From a virus, in IMG/VR virus record IMGVR_UViG_3300033552_000033, positions 1 to 36,640 of that record: a stretch of DNA of 36,640 nucleotides; one strand, given 5' to 3'. A program made the position numbers and the translations under genes. The notes below the pieces were generated by a model that did no database searches, was not told where the DNA came from, and saw nothing but the letters and a program-made list of their open reading frames with translations. Shown here in pieces: positions 6,942-14,136 of the stretch (positions are counted from its first letter, which is position 1; every line of letters begins with the position of its first letter).

Positions 6942-7092
6942 CGTTCCCGCTACTATAATTTCGGCTTGAGGTGGTCAGAAACCATATTTCGGATGAGCAA
7001 AAATAAAACAAACACAAAAAATTAATAACCCAATTACTGATAAAAAAGCTGAAATATAGCAGTTGTTAGCAGTAGTTATAATACTCGCAATT

Positions 7093-7263
7093 ATGATAAT
7101 ATACAAATTAGAATGCACAAATCAACACGGAGAAATAGAAGTAAATGGTTATTTTTTGAATAAAGAATACGCTAAGATTTGCAAAAAAGAAAACGATGAG
7201 CATCCTTGTAATAAAAAATACGGAATAATTCAACATATTATTGAAATTGAGGTTATCGAATAA
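7093..7263 (+). CDS. Hypothetical small protein
   Basis: The ORF track starts at a TTG (7063); ATG 7093 is preferred. Confidence 0.4.
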   Translation: MIIYKLECTNQHGEIEVNGYFLNKEYAKICKKENDEHPCNKKYGIIQHIIEIEVIE

Positions 7264-7405
7264 TTACTGCTAACGTTTCGCAGCCTTGCTTAGTGGCTGA
7301 TTCAAGACTGAGAAAAACAAACACAAACTAATAATCAAATTAAGAAACTATGAACAAAGAAAAGATAAATGAGCCATTGAGCAAGACTGCTGTTATCAGG
7401 AGTAC
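7264..7405 (+). repeat. Intercistronic structured element, unit G (degenerate L arm, hairpin, 71-nt insert, R arm)
   Basis: CTGCTAACGTTTCGCAGCC at 7267-7285. CAAGACTG occurs twice (7303-7310 and 7382-7389), flanking an extra segment. R arm at 7392-7405. Confidence 0.6.
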
Positions 7406-7430
7406 GAATTAATTTAAACTAAATATAATT

Positions 7431-7739
7431 ATGAAAACGGAATTTAAAGGTACTAAAGGAAAATTAAGTTTTTCAAGTCAAAAAGGAACAATAAACCATT
7501 GCGTTATGGCGCAAGTGTGGTCTGATAAACAAGAAACTTATGTAGCGAGGATTAATAGCACTGAGGACGAGCAAGAAGCTACGGCAAACGCAAGATTATT
7601 TTCAAACGCACCTGATTTATTAAATAATTTTATATCCGCTATAATTTTACTTAAACAAACTACCGAGTTTGAAGTTTTAGAAAGCTACCGAATTAAAGTA
7701 TTAGAGTTTGAAAAAGTTCTTGAAAAAGCATTAACGTAG
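7431..7739 (+). CDS. Hypothetical protein
   Basis: 102-aa ORF. The segment ANARLFSNAPDLLNNF resembles a motif common in uncharacterised phage proteins. Confidence 0.55.
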   Translation: MKTEFKGTKGKLSFSSQKGTINHCVMAQVWSDKQETYVARINSTEDEQEATANARLFSNAPDLLNNFISAIILLKQTTEFEVLESYRIKVLEFEKVLEKALT

Positions 7740-7752
7740 TATTCCTGATAAC
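7739..7752 (+). repeat. Solo L arm (unit H)
   Basis: GTATTCCTGATAAC overlaps stop codon TAG 7737-7739. No R partner lies downstream. Confidence 0.6.
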
Positions 7753-7784
7753 TACCTGCTACACGCTATAAATGTTTTACAATT

Positions 7785-7967
7785 ATGAAAAACTACACTA
7801 AAGTAAAGGTTATACGTATTTCAGAAGTGCAATTAAAAACGCTTAATAAAATGAAGTCGTATAATATTGATGTTGGTAAATTCATTAGAGACTCAATTTC
7901 AGAAAAGATAAAAAGGGAGTATTTAGAATTAATACCAAAGCCAGAGAAAGTAAAATATCCGTTTTAA
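7785..7967 (+). CDS. Small RHH-like protein; excisionase or regulator candidate
   Basis: 60 aa with a strand-helix-helix pattern (VKVIRISEVQLKTLNKM...GKFIRDSISEKI). It is convergent with the integrase. Confidence 0.35.
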   Translation: MKNYTKVKVIRISEVQLKTLNKMKSYNIDVGKFIRDSISEKIKREYLELIPKPEKVKYPF

Positions 7968-8017
7968 TCAAATAACAATCAAATAAGAATATCAATAAAT
8001 ACAGTACTTAACAAAGG

Positions 8018-8052
8018 AAAGTGTTTAAAAGTATCTAAAAGTGTTTAAAAGT
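8018..8052. repeat. Two direct copies of AAAGTGTTTAAAAGT, 20 nt apart
   Basis: Copies at 8018-8032 and 8038-8052, the second overlapping the integrase stop. Confidence 0.6.
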
Positions 8053-9196
8053 CCGTTCCTTTTTCTAGTATCTCTTTGCGGTTTATTTCTTTTAGATTGG
8101 TAATATAAATTTGTGTGGTAACTTCTGAACTGTGACCTGCTAAATCTTTAATGGCATTAATTGACACGTTAGCTAAAATAAGAGCGTTTGCACCTGCTTT
8201 TTTTAAAGCGTATAAATTCATGTCGATTCCTAATTTCTTTTTAACTACGGTCTCCCATCGCCTTGTTGCAGTGTCTCTATTAATATGAGTTGGTGCGGGA
8301 ATGAAATCATTAAATTTCCCTATATTACCCTTGCCAACTTCACGAAAAGAACCAAACAAATAATAATCTTTTGGTAAATTTTCAAACTGTAAATTTTTAT
8401 AATATTCCAATAAGAACGGAGATATCGGAACAACTCTTTTTTTATTGGTTTTTGTTATTTCTGGTGGTAACACTATTTCACTATCTTTTAAATTAACCAT
8501 TGATAACTTAATTTTTAAAATTTCCTCTGGTCTAATTAAAGTAAAAAATATTGTAATACAAAAAACGTAAAAATTATAATGATTAGCTTCTAACTCTTTT
8601 TTTATTTTCGCCATATCTTCTTTGCTCGCTGGCTTATTTGAGTCGGGCGCTGAAACCTTTAAATTATCAACTTTAAACGCTGGACTATTCTCTATTATAT
8701 CCCATTGCAAAAGCTCGCTTAAAACCGCCTTAAAATGGTTCAAATGTTTATTATATGCTTTATTGCTCCAGTTATTCAATTCCTTTGCCTTTTCCGTTAT
8801 TAACTTAACGTGAACACGTTTACAGTCAATTATTTTCAAATGTGTTAAGCCGATATTATTTATTGCAATTTCTAAAAAGTTTACAGATCCGTTATACCCT
8901 GAATAAGTTTTCTTTGAAATATTACTTTTCTTTTTGTCTAAGGCAAAACGTAAAGATTCAATTAATGTGAATTGGCTTTGTTGATTTATTTGATCTATTG
9001 TGTCTGGATTCCAACCCTCTTTTAAATCGTTCAGGATTAATTTAGCTAAATAGTTAAATTCAAGTTCCCTTTGCTTTAAATCTTTGATACGGTTTATTTC
9101 ATTTTTGATGCGGTGTTGCTTCCCGTTAAATCGAAAATGTACGTACCATGAAACACCGCTTTTTGATAATTTAGGGATTGTATAAGAGTTTTCCAT
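8045..9196 (-). CDS. int: Tyrosine recombinase / phage integrase (Bacteroidota type with N-terminal Arm DNA-binding domain)
   Basis: N-terminus SGVSWYVHFRFNGKQHRI. Catalytic region with LIRPEEI ... LKKAGANALI ... LAGHSSEVTTQIYI (R..K..H..Y pattern). Confidence 0.9.
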   Translation of the reverse strand: MENSYTIPKLSKSGVSWYVHFRFNGKQHRIKNEINRIKDLKQRELEFNYLAKLILNDLKEGWNPDTIDQINQQSQFTLIESLRFALDKKKSNISKKTYSGYNGSVNFLEIAINNIGLTHLKIIDCKRVHVKLITEKAKELNNWSNKAYNKHLNHFKAVLSELLQWDIIENSPAFKVDNLKVSAPDSNKPASKEDMAKIKKELEANHYNFYVFCITIFFTLIRPEEILKIKLSMVNLKDSEIVLPPEITKTNKKRVVPISPFLLEYYKNLQFENLPKDYYLFGSFREVGKGNIGKFNDFIPAPTHINRDTATRRWETVVKKKLGIDMNLYALKKAGANALILANVSINAIKDLAGHSSEVTTQIYITNLKEINRKEILEKGTDF

Positions 9197-9197
9197 T

Positions 9198-9218
9198 TGT
9201 GTACTGTTTTGTGTACTA
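9198..9218. repeat. Candidate integrase arm-type sites (pair 1)
   Basis: TGTGTACTG (9198-9206) and TGTGTACTA (9210-9218), 12-nt phasing. Confidence 0.45.
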
Positions 9219-9224
9219 TAAGGT

Positions 9225-9265
9225 AAAAAAAAATCGGGAAGTCACTGTTTATAGCGCTTCCCGAT
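9225..9265 (-). terminator. Rho-independent terminator on the minus strand, between the HTH gene and int
   Basis: ATCGGGAAG (9233-9241) pairs with CTTCCCGAT (9257-9265). The A-run 9225-9233 gives a U-tract on the minus strand. Confidence 0.65.
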
Positions 9266-9267
9266 TC

Positions 9268-9285
9268 TGGGCGGAGAAAGAGGGA
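9268..9285 (-). other. Candidate attP core resembling the 3' end of a tRNA (Ser-like acceptor/T-stem)
   Basis: The minus strand reads TCCCTCTTTCTCCGCCCA, which matches T-stem 3' strand CCCTC, then acceptor TTTCTCC, then discriminator G. The similarity ends before the T-loop. Confidence 0.45.
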
Positions 9286-9341
9286 AACTACGTAATATAT
9301 TTTAAGTGAAAAAATATGAACGTTTACGGGCGTTCTATGTA

Positions 9342-9632
9342 TTATACACTAGCGCATTTTACCTTTGTTTGTGTACTGTTTTGGGTACTGTGTTGACGCA
9401 TAAAAAGATTTTCAGTTTTTCTTATAATCCAGTTAGAATCTAAATTGTAAAACTCACAAATATTATGTACATGAATTAAATTAAAATGATTCACTTTATT
9501 TTTTATATTGGATAAGTTTTGTTCAGGCAAACCACATGCATTGCAAAAGTCACGTTTGTATTTCAACACGCCACGGCTTTGCAATTCCTTTAAAAGCTCA
9601 AACATCCGTTTATCTAAATCTTCTATTTTCAT
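9342..9632 (-). CDS. HTH DNA-binding protein (XRE/cI-like, no peptidase domain)
   Basis: FCNACGLPEQNLSNIKNKVNHFNLIHVHNICEFYNLDSNWII is a typical HTH ending in a DxxW(L/I) motif. Confidence 0.6.
   Translation of the reverse strand: MKIEDLDKRMFELLKELQSRGVLKYKRDFCNACGLPEQNLSNIKNKVNHFNLIHVHNICEFYNLDSNWIIRKTENLFMRQHSTQNSTQTKVKCASV
9370..9390. repeat. Candidate integrase arm-type sites (pair 2)
   Basis: TGTGTACTG (9370-9378) and TGGGTACTG (9382-9390), with the same 12-nt phasing as pair 1. Confidence 0.45.
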
Positions 9633-9775
9633 AATGTTAAGTTTGTGTAAAATGAGGTTTCCCGTAAAGAAGTTATTTATATAACTATTACGTTTGAGTA
9701 ATTAACCTCAAAACCTATTTAAAATGATTTACCTACTTTGGTTTAAAAACCTGCTTATTAATTTTGTATTAAAAA

Positions 9776-10099
9776 TTATTGTTTGTTTACTAAAATTTTT
9801 AATAAGTCCTTTATCGTTTCTTTTAAAAATTCGTTTTCTTTAACCAAATCGAAATTATCTTTTACAAAAACCTCTTTCCTATCTGGTGAGGGGTTTTTTG
9901 TTTCTATCATTTTAAAACCTTTTTTGAACTTATCAATAAAATCTTTTGACGGTTTTATTTTCCCGCTCATAATTCCAGAAACCGCACCTTTAGAAAAGTT
10001 AGTTACTTCTACTATTTCCGTATTAGTAGGTGTAGATACAAACTGTTTTAGTAAGTAGTCTAGTTCCTCGTTCCCGTTAAAGCGTTCAATCTTAATCAT
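9776..10099 (-). CDS. Putative CI-like repressor (HTH plus C-terminal coiled coil)
   Basis: HTH segment NTEIVEVTNFSKGAVSGIMSGKIKPSKDFI. It is divergent from the cro-like gene. The start is trimmed from TTG 10135 to ATG 10099 because 10104-10143 holds the operator repeats. Confidence 0.55.
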   Translation of the reverse strand: MIKIERFNGNEELDYLLKQFVSTPTNTEIVEVTNFSKGAVSGIMSGKIKPSKDFIDKFKKGFKMIETKNPSPDRKEVFVKDNFDLVKENEFLKETIKDLLKILVNKQ

Positions 10100-10103
10100 T
10101 CTT

Positions 10104-10181
10104 AATAAAAGTTTAATAAAAGTTTTGTTGTTCAATAAAAGTTCAGTACTTTTGATAAATCAAATTGAATATTCGATTTGA
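10104..10181. promoter_or_regulatory. Immunity-region operator/promoter cluster
   Basis: AATAAAAGTT at 10104, 10115 and 10134. TACTTTTG -7 box at 10147-10154. 22-nt near-palindrome TCAAATTGAATATTCGATTTGA at 10160-10181. Confidence 0.6.
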
Positions 10182-10223
10182 ACTAATAAAGTAAATCAAA
10201 ATATAATAACAAAACAAATTATT

Positions 10224-10436
10224 ATGATAAAAAAAGAGATTTTAGTTAGTTTGGTAAGAGATAACTTACTACATGATAAAATATTTTTAAAATTGAAATA
10301 TCGCCAATCAACTATCAGTCAATCATTTAAGAGGTGCGTAGAACGAAACAAGATAAGCGGAAAGACGCATGACCCCGCAGTATTAGATATTATCAAAAAA
10401 CACTTAAAATTAACCGATAAACAACTTTTTGAATAA
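10224..10436 (+). CDS. Cro-like early regulator (tentative)
   Basis: 70-aa basic ORF, first gene rightward of the operator cluster. Confidence 0.4.
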   Translation: MIKKEILVSLVRDNLLHDKIFLKLKYRQSTISQSFKRCVERNKISGKTHDPAVLDIIKKHLKLTDKQLFE

Positions 10437-10534
10437 TGAAAAACATTGAAAATTATATAGAAAAATACTATTACAAAGCTGGAGTGTGTATAGTACTTGT
10501 TTGGGTAATCACAGGTTTAATCTTATTTATTTAG
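10436..10534 (+). CDS. 32-aa single-TM micro-protein (tentative)
   Basis: Hand translation gives MKNIENYIEKYYYKAGVCIVLVWVITGLILFI. It fills the gap before the methyltransferase ATG. Confidence 0.3.
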   Translation: MKNIENYIEKYYYKAGVCIVLVWVITGLILFI

Positions 10535-10536
10535 TT

Positions 10537-11154
10537 ATGATAAATATAACAAATGAGTGTAACATGGAGCTAATGGCTCGTTATCCAGACAATTACTTTG
10601 ATTTAGCAATAGTTGACCCGCCTTATGGGATAGATTACGCTAAAAGAAAACAAAAAAACAAAAATTCAAAGATAAAATATACTCCGAAAAATTGGGACGT
10701 TAACAGACCTGAAAAAGAATATTTTACAGAATTAATGAGGGTTTCAAAAAATCAAATAATTTGGGGAGGAAATTACTTTTTAGACATTTTAGGTAATAGT
10801 AAAGGAATGATTTGTTGGGATAAATGCCAGCCAGAAGGACTTGATCAAGCTATGTGTGAATTTGCTTGGACTAATATAAATAAAAGTGCTAAAATAGTTA
10901 AAACATCAATACAACAGATACAATTTACAAGAACACACCCAACGGAAAAACCGAAAAAATTATATGATTGGTTATTAAATATGTACGCAAAAGACGGTGA
11001 TAAAATATTAGATACGCATTTAGGCTCTGGAAGCATTGCAATAGCGTGCCATGATTATAAGTTTGAGTTAACAGCTTGCGAATTAGATAAGGAATACTTT
11101 GACAAAGCAATGGAGCGTATCAATAACCACGTAGCACAGCAGAAGCTATTTTAA
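10537..11154 (+). CDS. Orphan DNA methyltransferase (N6-A/N4-C family, beta-class motif order)
   Basis: IVDPPYGI (motif IV) precedes LDTHLGSGSIAIAC (motif I). No restriction partner is present. Start set to ATG 10537 rather than GTG 10486. Confidence 0.85.
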   Translation: MINITNECNMELMARYPDNYFDLAIVDPPYGIDYAKRKQKNKNSKIKYTPKNWDVNRPEKEYFTELMRVSKNQIIWGGNYFLDILGNSKGMICWDKCQPEGLDQAMCEFAWTNINKSAKIVKTSIQQIQFTRTHPTEKPKKLYDWLLNMYAKDGDKILDTHLGSGSIAIACHDYKFELTACELDKEYFDKAMERINNHVAQQKLF

Positions 11155-11165
11155 ATAAAAAAAAT

Positions 11166-11417
11166 ATGGAATTAAACACTAATGAGAGAACGGATTTACC
11201 TCAAATTCATTTATCCGCAATTGACGGAGAAACAAAGGCACAAGCGACCGAAATAGTTATTCATAAAATTGCCGATGGTTCTATTTTTATAGAATGGTTT
11301 CCAAGTGAAATTATACAAAAAGCATTGAACTGCAATCAATTTATGGCAACCTTTAATCAAGAAGCAAAAAATAAATTAATTGATTTTATAAATTCTGATG
11401 TGACTTATGTGATTTAA
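11166..11417 (+). CDS. Hypothetical protein
   Basis: 83-aa ORF. Confidence 0.5.
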   Translation: MELNTNERTDLPQIHLSAIDGETKAQATEIVIHKIADGSIFIEWFPSEIIQKALNCNQFMATFNQEAKNKLIDFINSDVTYVI

Positions 11418-11472
11418 CGTAGCTATTGGATACACACTATAAACACATTACAATATTTAAAAACCTATTCTA

Positions 11473-11649
11473 ATGACAAAGGAGAAACAAATTGAACTGA
11501 TACTTCAGCTAATTAATAGTGATGCAGTACCTAGTGTCCCAAAGCTAAACAACCGTAAAGAAACCCCGAAGGAAATGCAAATTAGAGTATCTAAAAACTT
11601 TACTGAATACAAGGTAAAAATAGCTATTAAAAAAAATTTGCAAAAATAG
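11473..11649 (+). CDS. Hypothetical small protein (58 aa)
   Basis: Hand translation gives MTKEKQIELILQLINSDAVPSV... Confidence 0.35.
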   Translation: MTKEKQIELILQLINSDAVPSVPKLNNRKETPKEMQIRVSKNFTEYKVKIAIKKNLQK

Positions 11650-11702
11650 TTCAATAAAAGTTTTTTAGTTCAATAAAAGTTTACTAAATTTGAATATTCA
11701 AA
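11648..11702 (+). promoter_or_regulatory. Second operator/promoter cluster with the same architecture as 10104-10181
   Basis: AGTTCAATAAAAGTT at 11648-11662 and 11667-11681 (19-nt phasing). TAAATTTG at 11685-11692. Perfect palindrome TTTGAATATTCAAA at 11689-11702. Confidence 0.6.
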
Positions 11703-11723
11703 ACAACCAAACAATTAGAAATT

Positions 11724-11972
11724 ATGACACTAACTAAAAAAGATTTATTCAACCTAACCGCTCCACAAGGAATGTTTACACCTGATTCAATTAAAGAGGT
11801 TATTTCATACACTGGAGTAAAACGATTAGTTTATTTCAAAAAAGTAAACGGTGCAAGTTTTTGGAGCGATTCACTTGACAGTTTAGAGATAATGGTAAGA
11901 AATCACAAACCATTAATTAACGATGGTGCAAAGTGGGATTATAATAACGGAACTAATTTTAATAACGATTAA
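11724..11972 (+). CDS. Hypothetical protein
   Basis: 82-aa ORF. Confidence 0.5.
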   Translation: MTLTKKDLFNLTAPQGMFTPDSIKEVISYTGVKRLVYFKKVNGASFWSDSLDSLEIMVRNHKPLINDGAKWDYNNGTNFNND

Positions 11973-11974
11973 TT

Positions 11975-12082
11975 ATGAATTGGATAAATAAAACTACAGC
12001 GGACTACAAAAAAGAAGCTGAAGAAGCGATAAGAAAACACGAAGAAAAAAGAAAAGAGCAACTTGAAAAACAGACAAAATGA
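11975..12082 (+). CDS. Hypothetical 35-aa charged peptide (tentative)
   Basis: Hand translation; ATGA overlap with the next ORF. Confidence 0.3.
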   Translation: MNWINKTTADYKKEAEEAIRKHEEKRKEQLEKQTK

Positions 12083-12246
12083 AAACAGGATATAAAATAA
12101 CAGGTTCGATTTGGTCAACATCTAAATATTTTTATGTGTATAATTTTCCAAGTTTAAATGAATTATTTCTAGCTGGTTTTTTAGATAAAAATAAAAAAAC
12201 AAGTGTGTATAATGAATGTGTCGGAGTTTGGAAAATTAAAAACTAA
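12079..12246 (+). CDS. Hypothetical small protein (55 aa)
   Basis: Hand translation gives MKTGYKITGSIWSTSKYFYVYNF... Confidence 0.35.
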   Translation: MKTGYKITGSIWSTSKYFYVYNFPSLNELFLAGFLDKNKKTSVYNECVGVWKIKN

Positions 12247-12252
12247 AAAATA

Positions 12253-12435
12253 ATGGAACTACACACAAGAAAACCAAGTTTAAAATCAGCCTTAAATAGG
12301 CTTTTTAGGGTAGCTAAAAGGATTGAAATCACAAAGCTATCTACAAGCACCGTAACGGTTAAAAACGTTTACAAAAACAAACAAATTATAGATGTATCAA
12401 GTCAAATTATTAACAGATGTTACTCAAGAATATGA
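12253..12435 (+). CDS. Hypothetical small basic protein
   Basis: 60-aa ORF. Confidence 0.4.
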   Translation: MELHTRKPSLKSALNRLFRVAKRIEITKLSTSTVTVKNVYKNKQIIDVSSQIINRCYSRI

Positions 12436-12518
12436 AAAATAAAATAATATTATCCGTACTAATTACAATTTTCTCCTCAATAATGATCTATGTGATTGTT
12501 TACGGAGACATGAGCTAA
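12432..12518 (+). CDS. 28-aa single-TM micro-protein (tentative)
   Basis: MKNKIILSVLITIFSSIMIYVIVYGDMS; ATGA overlap with the upstream ORF. Confidence 0.3.
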   Translation: MKNKIILSVLITIFSSIMIYVIVYGDMS

Positions 12519-12537
12519 ACCAATTAAAAAACAAATT

Positions 12538-13200
12538 ATGAAAAATTTAGATTTATGGAACAAGGTCGAAAAAACCAATCCAAAGTACACAAAAAACGCA
12601 AATGTAAGAGGCAATAAAATAACATCGATAAGCCCACAGTTTCAGATAATGAACGTGACTGAGCAGTTTGGAACATACGGTGAAACATGGGGGTTTAAAA
12701 ACCTTGTATTAGATTATTCTTTGTCAAAAGATTTTGGCTTGGTAGTGTTAAACGCAACATTCTTTTTTCCTAAAGGAGAATTTGAAATTAAAAATTCAAT
12801 TAGTTTATTTATTGATAATGCGAAAACAAAAGTAGATAACGATTTTGCAAAGAAAATAGAAACCGACACGCTTACAAAAGCAATATCTAAACTAGGATTT
12901 AATGCGGATATATTCATGGGTAAATTTGATGACTTAAGATACATTGAAGAAATGAATGAGGAATTTAATCCAGAGATTAAGGCTAAAAAAGAAGCTGATT
13001 TAAAAGAAGCTAAATTATTAGAAGATAAACAAGCCAAAGAAATTTCAGACAGAATTGAGCGTAATACTATCCGTTTGAATACTTGTGAAACTGTAGAAAT
13101 GTTAGGTAACCTTTATAATACTTTCTCTCCAATTGAGAAAACTGAAATGAAAGTTTTAACTACGGAACTTAAAGAAAAATTAACCTTAATATCAGCGTAA
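12538..13200 (+). CDS. Single-strand annealing protein, Rad52/Sak-like (tentative family)
   Basis: KKIETDTLTKAISKLGFNADIFMGKFDDLRY resembles the conserved Rad52/Sak core. It lies next to the SSB gene. Confidence 0.55.
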   Translation: MKNLDLWNKVEKTNPKYTKNANVRGNKITSISPQFQIMNVTEQFGTYGETWGFKNLVLDYSLSKDFGLVVLNATFFFPKGEFEIKNSISLFIDNAKTKVDNDFAKKIETDTLTKAISKLGFNADIFMGKFDDLRYIEEMNEEFNPEIKAKKEADLKEAKLLEDKQAKEISDRIERNTIRLNTCETVEMLGNLYNTFSPIEKTEMKVLTTELKEKLTLISA

Positions 13201-13442
13201 TGGAAAGTAACAGAGAAGTATTTTTAAGAATGTCAGAGGAACATTATATGGCAATACCAAGCGAGGTACGTGAGTCATTTTTAAGTGATAAAAGAGTAGA
13301 TGAAGAAAAAGGAGACTGGTCGGAAAATATGAAAGATATAGATTTTTCGCTTTTGTATAAAGGTGTGAAAACTGCAAAAAAATATCTATCTGATAGAGAA
13401 TTTCAGTTAAGAGAAGAACGTAGAAAAATAACAATTAAATAA
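13200..13442 (+). CDS. Hypothetical protein
   Basis: 80-aa ORF with a TAATG overlap. Confidence 0.5.
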   Translation: MESNREVFLRMSEEHYMAIPSEVRESFLSDKRVDEEKGDWSENMKDIDFSLLYKGVKTAKKYLSDREFQLREERRKITIK

Positions 13443-13448
13443 ATAAAA

Positions 13449-13811
13449 ATGGAAGTAGTAGGAAAAATTAAAGTTATCAATGCAAATTGTGGAAACGAAA
13501 AATTTGCAAAATCAGAAATGGTAGTTACAACAGACGAACAATATCCACAAGAGATAATGATTGAGTTTGGAGGACAAAAAAGCGATTTAGTAGATCCTTA
13601 CAAAGTAGGTCAGAATGTAAAAGTATCTATAAATTTAGGTGGCAGAATGTGGACAAATGCCGAAGGAGTTGACAAGTATTTTAACAGTATTAGAGGTTGG
13701 AGAATTGAAAAGTTAGAAAGTAGCGAACCCGCATCAGAGCCGAAAAAAGATTCGATAAAAGAGGGAGCGACGGTAAATGCAAATGAACCACAAGATGATC
13801 TTCCTTTTTAG
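13449..13811 (+). CDS. Single-stranded DNA-binding protein (DUF3127-like OB fold with acidic SSB tail)
   Basis: C-terminal PQDDLPF matches the canonical SSB tip (DD[IL]PF). Compact OB-like N-terminal domain. Confidence 0.7.
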   Translation: MEVVGKIKVINANCGNEKFAKSEMVVTTDEQYPQEIMIEFGGQKSDLVDPYKVGQNVKVSINLGGRMWTNAEGVDKYFNSIRGWRIEKLESSEPASEPKKDSIKEGATVNANEPQDDLPF

Positions 13812-13822
13812 AAACCAATAAC

Positions 13823-13850
13823 ACCTCCCGATTAAAAGGGAGGTTATTTT
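13823..13850 (+). terminator. Rho-independent terminator
   Basis: ACCTCCC (13823-13829) pairs with GGGAGGT (13838-13844), followed by TATTTT. Confidence 0.6.
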
Positions 13851-13863
13851 AAACCAATAAATT

Positions 13864-14136
13864 ATGAATAATATACAAATAAAAGCACGTGAATTAGTTT
13901 CAAGTTTTACAGAGCCAGTAGATAGACTACATAAATATCCAATGTGTTTTGATACCGCTAAACAATGCGCATTAATTGCAGTTGATGAACTTATAAAATA
14001 CCACGAATCACTTTTTGATAAAGGATTTAAAGAAGTACATATTGCTTTATCGTCACCAATAAAGACATACAATGATATTTTAAACCCATTATTAAAAGAG
14101 TTGCGGGAACTAAAAGAAGAAATTGAAAAACTATAA
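13864..14136 (+). CDS. Hypothetical protein
   Basis: 90-aa ORF. Confidence 0.5.
   Translation: MNNIQIKARELVSSFTEPVDRLHKYPMCFDTAKQCALIAVDELIKYHESLFDKGFKEVHIALSSPIKTYNDILNPLLKELRELKEEIEKL

Noticed and set aside
7350-7409. 19-codon ORF inside repeat unit G
   Set aside because: It is created by the 71-nt insert and reads through the conserved R arm, with no independent support. It is mentioned only as a by-product of the rearrangement.
4856-7752. CRISPR array interpretation of the recurring 14-nt arms
   Set aside because: The repeats are inverted partners, not direct repeats. They are irregularly spaced by 230-600 nt. The intervening sequences are protein-coding ORFs with conserved leaders. 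No cas genes are present.
9260-9300. A complete tRNA gene next to the integrase
   Set aside because: Only about 18 nt match a tRNA 3' end. No T-loop (TTCGAAT-like), anticodon arm or D arm follows. It is interpreted as an attP core fragment.
10486-10536. GTG start extending the methyltransferase by 17 codons
   Set aside because: The extension overlaps the 32-aa TM micro-ORF and has no methyltransferase motif. ATG 10537 immediately follows that ORF's stop.
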